A stretch of 64,000 nt of DNA, taken from Bacteroidota bacterium (GTDB lineage: Bacteria; Bacteroidota; Bacteroidia; Chitinophagales; Saprospiraceae). Location of the stretch: contig JAKQHM010000010.1 in the NCBI GenBank assembly GCA_029572935.1, positions 10,218 to 74,217 on the forward strand, written 5' to 3'. Position numbers and translations under genes: made by a program. Positions within the stretch are counted from its first letter, which is position 1, and each line of letters starts with the position of its first letter. The notes under the pieces were generated by a model, which worked only from the letters and a program-made list of their open reading frames with translations, was not told the origin of the DNA and did no database searches. Below, one piece after another: positions 19,410 to 28,922 of the stretch.

Positions 19410-20496
19410 TTTGTCAGAATCCAGATGGGCATTGATACTGGGCACACACGATGATTCATCCAATCCGGTGACCCTGTCTGCAGAAGAGAAAAAACTCGAG
19501 GATCTGCTGAGTGCCTTATACGGTTCAGGAGGTGAAAAAGGCAGTCTTGCAAAAAGGCCACAAAAGATCCGAAAATGGCTGGAAGGGGTGCGAATGCAAT
19601 TCAAGCCCGAGATCATCCGACTCATGCAGCAGGATGCACTCGAAAGGCAGGAACTAAATCAAATGCTGCTGGAGCCAGAACTCCTGGAACAAATTGAGCC
19701 TGATATCGAAATGGTCTCTGCCATTCTTGCACTCAAGGAATTATTACCCGATAAGACCCGGCACAGTGCCCGGATGTTTGTCAATAAATTGGTGGCCAGA
19801 ACAGAAAAGAAACTCAAACCCAAACTCATTGTCTGTACCCGGTCTTCTTATCTGGGTCGTACCAAAAGAATCCACCCTGCATCAGGTCGCATCAACTGGA
19901 AAAGGACTATTCAACAGAACCTTAAGAACTATCAGGTCGATCTCAAAACCATCATTCCGGAAACCTGGTACGGAACCCGTCACGGAAACAGGCAAAACGA
20001 AATCGTCTTGCTGGTAGACAAAAGTGAATCCATGATCCGCTCTGCGATCTATGCTTCCATCATAGGAGCCATTCTGGCTTCCATCCACTCCATAAAAACC
20101 CATCTCATTTTTTTTGATACGGCTGTGACCGACATGACAGATCAATTCAAAGATCCTGTGGATATTCTTTTCAGTGTACCCATGGGAGGCGGCACCGACA
20201 TTGGTCTTGCTCTGCAATACGTGCAACAGAAAATTCACAATCCGTCGCGTACCGTACTGTTTCTGATCAGTGACCTGGACGAAGGCGGACCAGTCCGCGA
20301 GATGATTGCCACCAGTACCCTTTTGATTTCAAAGGGTATGCACATGCACTGCATACTGGCTATGGACGACAGCGGGCAACCTGAATATCACGAAGTCAAT
20401 GGTCAGAAAATGGCAGACCTTGGAATTCCTGTTTTTGCCTGTGCGCCGGAGCTTTTTCCGGAAGTACTGGCAGATGCCCTGAATAAGATATCGTGA
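19372..20496 (+). CDS. VWA domain-containing protein (CoxE/YehP-like)
   Basis: 374 aa from ATG 19372, which overlaps the upstream gene by 38 nt. The N-terminus has RWALILG. The MIDAS motif is VLLVDKSESM (DxSxS), GGGTDIG and ISDLDEGG. Confidence 0.75.
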   Translation: MYPILSPQIKNPDLSESRWALILGTHDDSSNPVTLSAEEKKLEDLLSALYGSGGEKGSLAKRPQKIRKWLEGVRMQFKPEIIRLMQQDALERQELNQMLLEPELLEQIEPDIEMVSAILALKELLPDKTRHSARMFVNKLVARTEKKLKPKLIVCTRSSYLGRTKRIHPASGRINWKRTIQQNLKNYQVDLKTIIPETWYGTRHGNRQNEIVLLVDKSESMIRSAIYASIIGAILASIHSIKTHLIFFDTAVTDMTDQFKDPVDILFSVPMGGGTDIGLALQYVQQKIHNPSRTVLFLISDLDEGGPVREMIATSTLLISKGMHMHCILAMDDSGQPEYHEVNGQKMADLGIPVFACAPELFPEVLADALNKIS

Positions 20497-20510
20497 TTGA
20501 AAACTAATTT

Positions 20511-21539
20511 TCAATCTTCCAGGGGATTCGTTTCGATCCAATTTTCTGTTTGCTTGCGCGAACGCTCCACTTTTTCCAGTATTTTATTGAAGAAAAGGCT
20601 TTTGTCCCTTATGTTTCCACCTGAAATTTTAATGGAATTATCAATAATCCGGTTCAGCCATTTTTCTGTATAATCGCAGAGGCGTGGATTAGAGGAGTTA
20701 AGAAAATTTGGATTGTCAAAGGTCGTGTAGACAGCTCTTATGGAATCGCTGTGTACGTATATCAGATTGCCGGTGAAGGCAATTTCATTGTTGTATAACT
20801 GCAATCCTCCGGGGTATTTGGAGCCGCGGATAAAGGGTTCTTTGTTTTGAGACAAACAGGCATCCTGAAGTTTCAGGATCAGCTGTCTGACCTCGTCGTG
20901 CAGTGTGATGGCTTCGTTGGGATCTTTCATCAATCCTGATTCCAGAAAATACCGGATCTGATTGAGGGTATTGTCAAACACGGTCACATTCCATACCTCC
21001 ACACTGTCCATCCTCATATAGGCTGATGAGATCACTTTTAATTTTTCAAGATAGAGTGCATCGGTCTCGTACTCCTTATAATCATAGGCACTCATTTTGA
21101 AGCGGTCATCGCGCCAGTTGATGTTGTAAAAAACATGAAATTTAAATGCAGAAAGTCTCGGAGAGGTGTAGTAATAAAAAATTGGGATCTCCCTGGAGGT
21201 GTAATAAATCACCGGTTGGATGCGCTCTACCCGTTTGATGTCCTGCTCAATAGGAGTAAGATAATCTATGACGTTGCGGACTACTCCGTTGAGCGCCGGA
21301 AAATCAAAATAGATCCTGTCGAGTTGGATTCCCAGCAGATCGTCAATGCTGAACTGATAGTGCTTGCCCAAGAGTGCGATCTCATCGGGACTGAGGGAGG
21401 ATTCTCCCCTTATTTTTTTGTAGGCCGATGACTTTTGAATAAACAGGATGGAAGCAATATCATCGACCATATTCTTTTTCTCTGCATACCTCGTTCGCTC
21501 AATATAGGAAAAGATTTCGGCTGTAAGTTTATCAGGCAT
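20511..21539 (-). CDS. Putative transcriptional regulator with an N-terminal helix-turn-helix and a large uncharacterised C-terminal domain
   Basis: 342 aa. The N-terminus DDIASILFIQKSSAYKKIRGESSLSPDEIALLGKHYQFSIDDLLG looks like an XRE/BetR-type HTH. The remainder is unassigned. Confidence 0.45.
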   Translation of the reverse strand: MPDKLTAEIFSYIERTRYAEKKNMVDDIASILFIQKSSAYKKIRGESSLSPDEIALLGKHYQFSIDDLLGIQLDRIYFDFPALNGVVRNVIDYLTPIEQDIKRVERIQPVIYYTSREIPIFYYYTSPRLSAFKFHVFYNINWRDDRFKMSAYDYKEYETDALYLEKLKVISSAYMRMDSVEVWNVTVFDNTLNQIRYFLESGLMKDPNEAITLHDEVRQLILKLQDACLSQNKEPFIRGSKYPGGLQLYNNEIAFTGNLIYVHSDSIRAVYTTFDNPNFLNSSNPRLCDYTEKWLNRIIDNSIKISGGNIRDKSLFFNKILEKVERSRKQTENWIETNPLED

Positions 21540-21582
21540 AGACTTGCTATTAAGTGGGCTAAATATACATCGTTATTTGAAT

Positions 21583-21590
21583 TACTTTTG
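21583..21590 (+). promoter_or_regulatory. -7 promoter box (TACTTTTG) upstream of the FAD/Fe-S oxidoreductase gene
   Basis: It lies 12 nt before the ATG at 21603, inside a 63-nt divergent intergenic region. Confidence 0.45.
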
Positions 21591-21602
21591 CCGGATCAAG
21601 GC

Positions 21603-24464
21603 ATGGAAAAGCGATCGAAAACAGATTACCGGGCTCTTCAGGAACAACTCCTTGGCGAAATCCACTGGGATTCACTTTATCAGGGAATTTATGCGACAGA
21701 TGCCAGCAATTATCAAATCAAGCCATTGGCTGTAGTGTACCCAAAGTCTGAAGAGGATGTAGTGGCTACCCTGCAGTTTGCAAACCATCACAGGATCCCC
21801 CTGCTCGCCAGAGGGGGTGGCACCAGTCTGGTAGGACAGACCGTGGGTGAGGCCATTGTGCTGGACTTCACAAAATATATGAACAAAATCCTGGACTACG
21901 ATCCGGAAGGTCGTTGGGCCTGGGTTCAGCCCGGCCTGGTCAGAGACGAAATGAATACCTTTTTTAAAACCTATGGACTTCATTTTGCACCTGATCCCGC
22001 TACTACCTCCAGGGCCACTGTGGGGGGTATGATCGCCAATAACTCTTCCGGGACGCGCTCGATTCTGTATGGAAAAACACTGGACCATACCCTGGAACTC
22101 AGGGTTCTTCTATCCGATGGGAATGTATTCCACTTTCGGGACCTGACCGCAGCGCAACTAGAAGAAATGTTGTCCGGCAACAACCGGGAAAGTCAGCTTT
22201 ACAAAGGACTCTTCGAAATCGTCAGCAACAACCGCGGTGAGATCCTGGATAGATTTCCCAAAGTAATGCGCCGGGTGGGTGGATACAATCTGGATGAATT
22301 TCTGGGCGACCACTGGAACCTGAGCCGAATCATCACAGGAAGCGAAAGTACCCTTGGCATCATCCTTTCGGCCAAAGTAAAACTGGTCCCGAATCCTGCT
22401 CACCAATCCGTCTGTGTGGTACATTTTGATTCCTTTTACGAATCCATAGCCCATGTTTCCGAAATGGTCCGGTTTGGTCCGGCTGCTATAGAGCTTCTGG
22501 ATGAAATGCTGATTCAGAAAAGCAGGGAAAATATCGAGACCAGAAGATATTGCGGTTTCATTCAGGGAGAACCCAAAGGAGCCCTTGTGGTTGAATTTTA
22601 TGGAGAAAACAAAGAAGACTCGAGAAACAAGGCCTTGAAAATGGCCGTGCATCTGAAATCAAAGGGCATAGGTTACTCCTATCCTGTTTTCAGCGAGGCT
22701 GAAGAGATCCGCCAGATTTTTACCGTGAGGCAAAAAGGTCTTGGTCTGCTCATGGGGGTCAAGGGAAACCGCAAACCCATTGCATTCATAGAAGATGCAG
22801 CTGTCCCGCTCGAACATCTGGCTGATTATATCATGGAAGTCTATGAAGTATGCCGCGAGGAGAATACGCCTGTAGTAGCCTATGCACATGCCAGTGTCGG
22901 ACTGCTGCACGTTAAACCCATGCTGGACCTTCGGGATCCCGAGGATATTCTTCGGATGAAAAATATTTCTTTTAAAACACTGGCCCTCGTTCAAAAATAC
23001 AAGGGTTCATGGAGTGGAGAACACGGAGACGGTTTGGCCAGAGGACCCTACAACGAACTTTTTTTTGGCAAAAAACTATATCAGGCTTTCCGTCAGGTAA
23101 AAGAGCTCTTTGACCCCTTACACCTGATGAATCCCGGAAAGATTGGGGATTCTCCACCCCCTGATCAAAACCTTCGTTATGGTCCTTATTACAGGGACCA
23201 GGATTTCAAATCCATGTATCATTACCGGGCTGAAGGGAGTTTCCACGAAGCCACCCATCTGTGCAACGGGGTCGGCGAATGCCGCAAGACTTCCGGTGGA
23301 ACCATGTGTCCCAGCTTTCGTGCCACCCTGGACGAAAAAGACAGCACTAGGGCTCGGGCCAATGCCCTGAGACTCGCACTCAGCGGTCAGCTGGATGTGA
23401 AGGGGCTGTATTCTGAAAGTTTGCAGGAAGTACTCGATCTGTGCCTTTCGTGCAAAGCCTGCAAATCCGAATGTCCCAGCAATGTGGACATGTCCAAATT
23501 GAAATCTGAAATCATCCACCTGCAAAAATCGAAAAAGGGATTCAATACAACAGATCTCCTGGTCAGGTACCAGGGTGTTCTCTCAGGCATTGCGTCCGGC
23601 AGGCTGTCCTTTCTTTTTAATGCGGTTTTAAGATCGACCTGGTTTCGAAAGCTTTTGGAACATACTGCCGGCATCGACCAAAGAAGAATCCTGCCCATGT
23701 TTGACTCCAGGCCTTTTAAGGGACAAAAGAAAAATGAGATCGGCAGCATGGGAAAAGAGGTGGTTCTTTTCGCAGACTGCTATACCAGACACCATGATTC
23801 CACAATCGGAAAAAACTCCTTGCGCCTGCTTGAAAAATTGGGATACCGGGTCAATGTGATGGAACAGCATTGCTGCCAAAGACCAGCCCTGTCGAGAGGT
23901 ATGCTGGATATCGCCCGAAACAGAGGCCTGTCCACCTTCCAGGCTCTCGAACCTTACCTCAAAAAAGGAATCCCCATCTTGCTCACCGAACCCAGTTGTG
24001 CCAGCTCCTTTTCAGACGATCTGGCCGACCTGATGACGGATGATATTTGGTTTGCGTACCGCGAACAATTTATGCTGCTGGAGGACTTTCTAGTGAAGGA
24101 AAAAGAAAGTGGCCAGCTGAAGAATTTTCCAGGATTTAAGAAAGGTTCGTATCTCCTGCATGGCCATTGTCATCAGAAAGCGCTGAATACGACACAGTCT
24201 GTCCACAAGTTATTTGAAACATCAGAAGATGTGCGACTTTCAGAAATACCTTCCGGATGCTGCGGAATGGCGGGTATGTTTGGCTACGAGAAAAAGCACT
24301 ACGACATTTCCGAAAAGATTGCTGAGTTATCCTTGCTTCCTGCCATAAGGAGTGCCGGTCAGGATGTGACTGTTCTGGCGCAGGGATTCAGTTGCAGACA
24401 CCAGATTGACCATTTTGGCGAAAGGAAGGCCATCCATTGGGTGGAGGCGCTACAGCTAGATTAA
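21603..24464 (+). CDS. FAD-binding and (Fe-S)-binding oxidoreductase, YdiJ-like (GlcD-type FAD domain fused to 4Fe-4S and CCG domains)
   Basis: Start at the internal ATG 21603 (MEKRSKTDYRALQEQLLG). The FAD_binding_4-type segment is PLLARGGGTSLVGQ. The ferredoxin motif is CLSCKACKSECPSN, and C-terminal Cys-rich CCG-like repeats include CCGMAG. Confidence 0.85.
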   Translation: MEKRSKTDYRALQEQLLGEIHWDSLYQGIYATDASNYQIKPLAVVYPKSEEDVVATLQFANHHRIPLLARGGGTSLVGQTVGEAIVLDFTKYMNKILDYDPEGRWAWVQPGLVRDEMNTFFKTYGLHFAPDPATTSRATVGGMIANNSSGTRSILYGKTLDHTLELRVLLSDGNVFHFRDLTAAQLEEMLSGNNRESQLYKGLFEIVSNNRGEILDRFPKVMRRVGGYNLDEFLGDHWNLSRIITGSESTLGIILSAKVKLVPNPAHQSVCVVHFDSFYESIAHVSEMVRFGPAAIELLDEMLIQKSRENIETRRYCGFIQGEPKGALVVEFYGENKEDSRNKALKMAVHLKSKGIGYSYPVFSEAEEIRQIFTVRQKGLGLLMGVKGNRKPIAFIEDAAVPLEHLADYIMEVYEVCREENTPVVAYAHASVGLLHVKPMLDLRDPEDILRMKNISFKTLALVQKYKGSWSGEHGDGLARGPYNELFFGKKLYQAFRQVKELFDPLHLMNPGKIGDSPPPDQNLRYGPYYRDQDFKSMYHYRAEGSFHEATHLCNGVGECRKTSGGTMCPSFRATLDEKDSTRARANALRLALSGQLDVKGLYSESLQEVLDLCLSCKACKSECPSNVDMSKLKSEIIHLQKSKKGFNTTDLLVRYQGVLSGIASGRLSFLFNAVLRSTWFRKLLEHTAGIDQRRILPMFDSRPFKGQKKNEIGSMGKEVVLFADCYTRHHDSTIGKNSLRLLEKLGYRVNVMEQHCCQRPALSRGMLDIARNRGLSTFQALEPYLKKGIPILLTEPSCASSFSDDLADLMTDDIWFAYREQFMLLEDFLVKEKESGQLKNFPGFKKGSYLLHGHCHQKALNTTQSVHKLFETSEDVRLSEIPSGCCGMAGMFGYEKKHYDISEKIAELSLLPAIRSAGQDVTVLAQGFSCRHQIDHFGERKAIHWVEALQLD

Positions 24465-24502
24465 AACATATTTTTATTCACTCCACAAATCATACCACAG
24501 TT

Positions 24503-25753
24503 TTGAAATACACCGATGCCCTTAAATATATATTCGATCACCTGCCTATGTTTCAGCGGGAGGGCAAGTCGGCATTTAAGAAAGACCTGACCAATATTCT
24601 GGCACTATGCCAGGCTCTGGGTCATCCCGAAAGAAACCTTCCCTGCATCCATATAGCCGGCACAAACGGAAAGGGTTCGGTCACACATCTGATCGCAGCC
24701 ATGCTGCAAGCCCATGGAAAAAGGACAGGCTTGTATACTTCTCCGCATTACCGCGATTTCAGGGAAAGGATCAAGGTAAACGGAAAGATGGTGGACAAGC
24801 TTTACCTCAGTCGCTTTATCGAGAAAAACATGTCTGCATTAGATTCGATCAAACCTTCCTTTTTTGAAATGGGATTTGCATTGGCTCTGGATTGGTTCAG
24901 ACATGAAAAAGTGGACCTGGCCGCCATAGAAACCGGTCTGGGTGGCAGATTGGATTCCACCAATATTGTTTCTCCGGTGCTGAGTGTCATCACCAACATC
25001 AGTTGGGATCATACCGATATGCTGGGCGACAGTTTGGAGAAAATAGCCACAGAAAAAGCGGGAATCATCAAAAAGAATGCAGCGGTTTTGATAGGAAGGA
25101 GACAGGATGAAACTGCTGAAGTTTTTAGCCAGAAATCGCGAGAAACAGGATCTGCCCTTTACTATACCGATGAGATCTCAGAAACAAATCAATTTTTTGA
25201 TCCGTATGGTAAGCCACTTTTCCAACCTGCACTCCAGGGTCCCTATCAGTTGGAAAATTACCGGACCGCCCTGGCTGCGTTTTTTCTTTACTGTCGGATC
25301 ACCGGAATGAATCCGGACAGGGACAGGATCCGGTATGCACTGGAACATACCGCCTCTCTTACCGGCATCCTGGGAAGATGGCATTTTACCAAAGGTGTCT
25401 ACGATCTCCTGCTGGATTCCGCACATAACGAGGACGGAATCCGATTTTTAACCAACTGGATCAATGAGCAGAAATACCTTCGCATCCATTTTATTTGTGG
25501 ATTTGTCAAGGACAAGTCACTGGCTAAGATCCTGAACCTATTGCCGCGAAATGCCATTTACTATTTTACACAGGCTTCCATTCCACGGGCTTTGGACAGT
25601 GGGGAACTTCAGAAACAAGGCCGCCAAGCCGGCCTGGAGGGAAAAGCTTATAAGAAAGTCCGGAACGCCCTGGCTGCTGCAAAGAAGCAAGCAGCAAAAG
25701 GCGATCTGGTGGTGGTGGCAGGAAGCATTTTCGTCGTGGCAGAAGTAATTTAA
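24503..25753 (+). CDS. folC: Bifunctional folylpolyglutamate synthase / dihydrofolate synthase
   Basis: The P-loop is HIAGTNGKGS and the organisation is Mur-ligase-like. The start is probably TTG 24503 (M-KYTDALKYIFDHLPMFQREG), which matches usual FolC N-termini. The alternative is ATG 24548. Confidence 0.9.
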   Translation: MKYTDALKYIFDHLPMFQREGKSAFKKDLTNILALCQALGHPERNLPCIHIAGTNGKGSVTHLIAAMLQAHGKRTGLYTSPHYRDFRERIKVNGKMVDKLYLSRFIEKNMSALDSIKPSFFEMGFALALDWFRHEKVDLAAIETGLGGRLDSTNIVSPVLSVITNISWDHTDMLGDSLEKIATEKAGIIKKNAAVLIGRRQDETAEVFSQKSRETGSALYYTDEISETNQFFDPYGKPLFQPALQGPYQLENYRTALAAFFLYCRITGMNPDRDRIRYALEHTASLTGILGRWHFTKGVYDLLLDSAHNEDGIRFLTNWINEQKYLRIHFICGFVKDKSLAKILNLLPRNAIYYFTQASIPRALDSGELQKQGRQAGLEGKAYKKVRNALAAAKKQAAKGDLVVVAGSIFVVAEVI

Positions 25754-25766
25754 TGCAGATCAAGGT

Positions 25767-26315
25767 ATGAAAATAGCAATCGGGATTTCGGGTTCCAGTG
25801 GTGCAGCTTATGCACGCGTGTTACTGGACAGCCTCCAAAAAATGGAGGATCTGGAAATTGGTCTGGTGGTCAGTGAACAGGCCAAGGTTAACTGGAAAAT
25901 GGAAAACCCGGAAAAATCCTGGGATTCCTATCCCTTTCGGTATTACGACACCCATGATTTTCATGCCCCCTTTGCATCGGGTTCGGCAGGTTGGGATGCC
26001 CTGATCGTTTGTCCTTGTTCCGCAGGTTATCTGGCCAAAGCGGCCCATGGACTGGCCGATGACCTCATGAGCCGGGCTGCCCAGGTGATGCTTAAAGAGC
26101 GCAAAAAACTCATCCTGGTACTCCGGGAGACTCCTTTTAGCCTGATCCATATTGAGAACATGCGTATGATCACCCTGGCTGGAGGAATCATCTGTCCCGC
26201 TATCCCATCTTTCTACTCCGGACCTACCCGGCTTGACGATGTCCTGGCCACGGTGACCAACCGGGTCATCGACTTATGCGGATTGGACAGCAAATCTTAC
26301 CGCTGGGGTGCTTAG
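25767..26315 (+). CDS. ubiX: Flavin prenyltransferase UbiX
   Basis: 182 aa, MKIAIGISGSSGAAYARVLLD...VCPCSAGYLAKAAHGLADDL...LVLRETPFSLIHIENM. Confidence 0.9.
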   Translation: MKIAIGISGSSGAAYARVLLDSLQKMEDLEIGLVVSEQAKVNWKMENPEKSWDSYPFRYYDTHDFHAPFASGSAGWDALIVCPCSAGYLAKAAHGLADDLMSRAAQVMLKERKKLILVLRETPFSLIHIENMRMITLAGGIICPAIPSFYSGPTRLDDVLATVTNRVIDLCGLDSKSYRWGA

Positions 26316-26333
26316 TTGGAATGAAATTTGTAC

Positions 26334-26341
26334 TATATTTG
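26334..26341 (+). promoter_or_regulatory. -7 promoter box (TATATTTG) upstream of the ompA-like gene
   Basis: It lies 42 nt before the ATG at 26384. Confidence 0.4.
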
Positions 26342-26383
26342 CGGCGAACTATTCAAATTATTAAAAAATCAATATTTAGAAAA

Positions 26384-27127
26384 ATGAAAACCAAATTCTT
26401 TGTTTTATTGATGGCAGGACTTTTGGGAACTTTCTCTTGCGTTTCCTCCAAGAAGTACAAGGCCCTTCAGTCTGAAAACGAAAACCTCCAGAAAATGCTG
26501 GAATCGCAAAAGTCAAAGCTGACCGGTTGCGAAAATGATAAAATGGGTCTGGAAAAACAGGTTTCCAAGCTGAATTCTGACCTGAGTGCTGCCAATGGCG
26601 AAATGAACAAATACAAAATGCAGGTGACTGACCTGGAAAAAATGGCCAAGGCAAAAGATGATGAAATTCAAAGAATCAAATCTGAGATTCGCAAGGCGTT
26701 CTCTGCCCTCGAAGGTACAGATCTGACGGTTCGTCAGGAAGGCGACAAGCTCTATGTTTCTTTGCCAAACCGCGTGATTTATTCAAAAGGATCACCAAAC
26801 CTGAATAAGAATGGTCAGAAGATTGTCATGGGTCTGGCTGATATCTTCAAGAAGAGCCCGGCTATTCATGTATTGGTTGAAGGTCACGCAGACAAATCCG
26901 GTGTAAAGACTGATGCTCCTTACAAGGACAATCTCGAGCTTTCTACACTGAGAGCGACCAACGTGGTAAGATACCTCCTGAACCAGAAGGTGGAAGCAGC
27001 CCAACTGACTGCTGCCGGAAGATCAAACTTTGAGCCTACTGGACAGGGTGCCAACATGGACAGAAGGATCGAATTTGTGATCACTCCGGATGTGGCCAAA
27101 CTGTACGAACTCTCCAAAAAGAAATAG
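26384..27127 (+). CDS. OmpA/MotB-family lipoprotein with an N-terminal coiled coil
   Basis: Start at the internal ATG 26384 (MKTKFFVLLMAGLLGTFSC, lipobox-like). The C-terminal OmpA_C module is GHADKSG...NLELSTLRATNVVRYL...RRIEFVI. Confidence 0.85.
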   Translation: MKTKFFVLLMAGLLGTFSCVSSKKYKALQSENENLQKMLESQKSKLTGCENDKMGLEKQVSKLNSDLSAANGEMNKYKMQVTDLEKMAKAKDDEIQRIKSEIRKAFSALEGTDLTVRQEGDKLYVSLPNRVIYSKGSPNLNKNGQKIVMGLADIFKKSPAIHVLVEGHADKSGVKTDAPYKDNLELSTLRATNVVRYLLNQKVEAAQLTAAGRSNFEPTGQGANMDRRIEFVITPDVAKLYELSKKK

Positions 27128-27154
27128 TAGCAGGTAAAATATCGAATTCAAAAA

Positions 27155-27183
27155 GCCCTGTGTTTATTAACACGGGGCTTTTT
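27155..27183 (+). terminator. Intrinsic terminator after the ompA-like gene (hairpin also flanked by an A-run, so potentially bidirectional)
   Basis: GCCCTGTG (27155-27162) pairs with CACGGGGC (27171-27178, one G-U pair) and is followed by T5. Confidence 0.7.
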
Positions 27184-27499
27184 ATTTAAACTATTGAGCA
27201 TTCTTTCATTCCATTTTTTTTCATTGATCTTCCTTACTGACCAAGCTATAAATTTCTGCTAAGGTGAATATGGGCTGGAAACAGTTCGCTCCGGAAGCCC
27301 AATACCTTTTCAGCAAGATGCGAATGAGTTGAATACATTTTCATTCACTTCCTTAAAATACGGAATTAGTGCTCGTTTAAAACTAGATGAAAACCTTAAG
27401 GCTCATGAGTTGAAACATCCATCCAGGAAGAATGGGTTCCATAATAAGTTTTTTAAGTTGTAAAATACGAATAACAGGTTTTGCCTACCTGGAAAATCA

Positions 27500-28711
27500 T
27501 CATATTCCCAATTCCACCTGGAAGGCCAACTGCCAGTTGTTTGATTTGTTTTGAGGAGCAGCGTCCACCTTCTGAATCGTCGTCTGGTAAATCAGATTGG
27601 ATTGGATTTTGAGCCTGTGGTGCGCCAGATATTTGGTTACGCCCAGGGTATAATTGCTGGTAGCGGGATGAACAAATTGTACGCGATCTGAAGGAGTGAC
27701 AAATGCGTAGCGGCCTGCAATTTCGACATTGTTCTTAAATATATAACTCAGTTGAGACATGGCACCTTCTCCTTCATAGATCACCCGTTTTGCTCCCGTG
27801 GCATTGACGGTAAAAGGATCGTTGGTCATTCTTTTCATGTATTCGGCACTCAGCGCCAAACCGCGGTATTTGAAAAGCACATCTGCTTCATAGTATTCCA
27901 TATTCCTGGACTGGTACAGATCATTACCCAATTGGCCTGCAAGTCGCTGCGCTCCCTCATTGTGTGAAACCGTGGCACAGATTGACAATTTTGGAGTTGG
28001 CTCCCTCTCCAGATCACCTTCAAAATAATCCCCGCCATTGGTGAAATGGCCCAATGGCAATAATTCTATTCTTCCGGTATAGGCCAGTCCACCTCCTCTT
28101 GAGAGGTTGGAATTCCTTCCCTCTCCTGAAGTAATGGCTCCCTTTAGGACATAGTCCAGGCCGATGATGCGGTTTCGGTAGTTAAAAAATGCACCGAAGT
28201 CCCTGTCAATATTAAAAGTTGCATTGACTACAGTCCGGTCCATAAACTGTTGTGCCCCCGATGAAACGACTCGCTGCCGGTTACCGGGCAGTTTGGTTTG
28301 ACCAAACGATACTTGCAGATTTTTTGTAAACTGGTAATTTAGGACCGCGTCACGCACCACATTGGGGCTGTTGTTGATACTGGAGTTATCCGTTCCGTTC
28401 CAATCCATGTCTCCCCTGGAAAACGAAAGCTGGATCTTGTAAGTAAGCTTTCTGGTATAAACATGCCCATCCAGGGTCAAGCGCAATCTTCTGACGCGTG
28501 CCTCGATGTCCTTTGCCGTGAAGTCATCCTCACTTACGGATGTGTATAATGCCCGGTTTTGCATCCGGAATCGGAGATTAAGAGAATACATGGAATCAAC
28601 CGAAAAGACCTTTATGCCTCTGTCCGGCCATCTGAAGCTACTTTGAGAAAAGATTGGCAGGTTGGCCAGGGAAATCCAAATAAGTGATAAAATGATTCTG
28701 TTGGTTTTCAT
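27500..28711 (-). CDS. Outer-membrane porin (phosphate-selective porin O/P-like beta-barrel)
   Basis: 403 aa with a signal peptide and an alternating amphipathic beta-strand pattern. RLRLTLDGHVY..LTYKIQLSF resembles the Porin_O_P family. Confidence 0.55.
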   Translation of the reverse strand: MKTNRIILSLIWISLANLPIFSQSSFRWPDRGIKVFSVDSMYSLNLRFRMQNRALYTSVSEDDFTAKDIEARVRRLRLTLDGHVYTRKLTYKIQLSFSRGDMDWNGTDNSSINNSPNVVRDAVLNYQFTKNLQVSFGQTKLPGNRQRVVSSGAQQFMDRTVVNATFNIDRDFGAFFNYRNRIIGLDYVLKGAITSGEGRNSNLSRGGGLAYTGRIELLPLGHFTNGGDYFEGDLEREPTPKLSICATVSHNEGAQRLAGQLGNDLYQSRNMEYYEADVLFKYRGLALSAEYMKRMTNDPFTVNATGAKRVIYEGEGAMSQLSYIFKNNVEIAGRYAFVTPSDRVQFVHPATSNYTLGVTKYLAHHRLKIQSNLIYQTTIQKVDAAPQNKSNNWQLAFQVELGI

Positions 28712-28739
28712 TTTAGATTGAGCTTGATTTTGAAAGGCC

Positions 28740-28747
28740 CAAAGCTA
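28740..28747 (-). promoter_or_regulatory. -7 promoter box (TAGCTTTG on the minus strand) upstream of the porin gene
   Basis: The plus strand reads CAAAGCTA, 28 nt upstream of the ATG at 28711. Confidence 0.4.
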
Positions 28748-28886
28748 TCAGATTTTACTTATATGTTAAATAATTATTAAATTTTTAAGTCGCCTTGATT
28801 CCCAATTCCGGAAAACCAATCCTCAGGATGAATAGACTTAAAGTGGGAAGGGATGATTCCACTCGCCGGAATGCCCAAAAGCAGCC

Positions 28887-28894
28887 TATATTTG
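28887..28894 (+). promoter_or_regulatory. -7 promoter box (TATATTTG) upstream of pdxA
   Basis: It lies 28 nt before the ATG at 28923. Confidence 0.45.
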
Positions 28895-28922
28895 CATTTT
28901 AGAAAACTGCCAAGAAGCCCAA

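Noticed and set aside
21435-21602. N-terminal extensions of track ORFs. Examples are 21435 for the FAD/Fe-S oxidoreductase, 6595 for the ABC ATPase, 10277 for guaB and 26276 for the ompA-like gene. Further examples are 59140 for DUF4159, 60707 for the dedA-like gene and 53786 for miaB.
   Set aside because: The extensions overlap neighbouring genes or promoters and have non-protein-like sequence. Internal ATGs give N-termini matching the conserved family starts or signal peptides.
27187-27499. About 310 nt between the bidirectional terminator and the porin stop codon, containing a 32-aa minus-strand ORF (MKMYSTHSHLAEKVLGFRSELFPAHIHLSRNL)
   Set aside because: There is no promoter box, no recognisable motif and no secondary-structure signal. 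The evidence is too weak to report as a gene.
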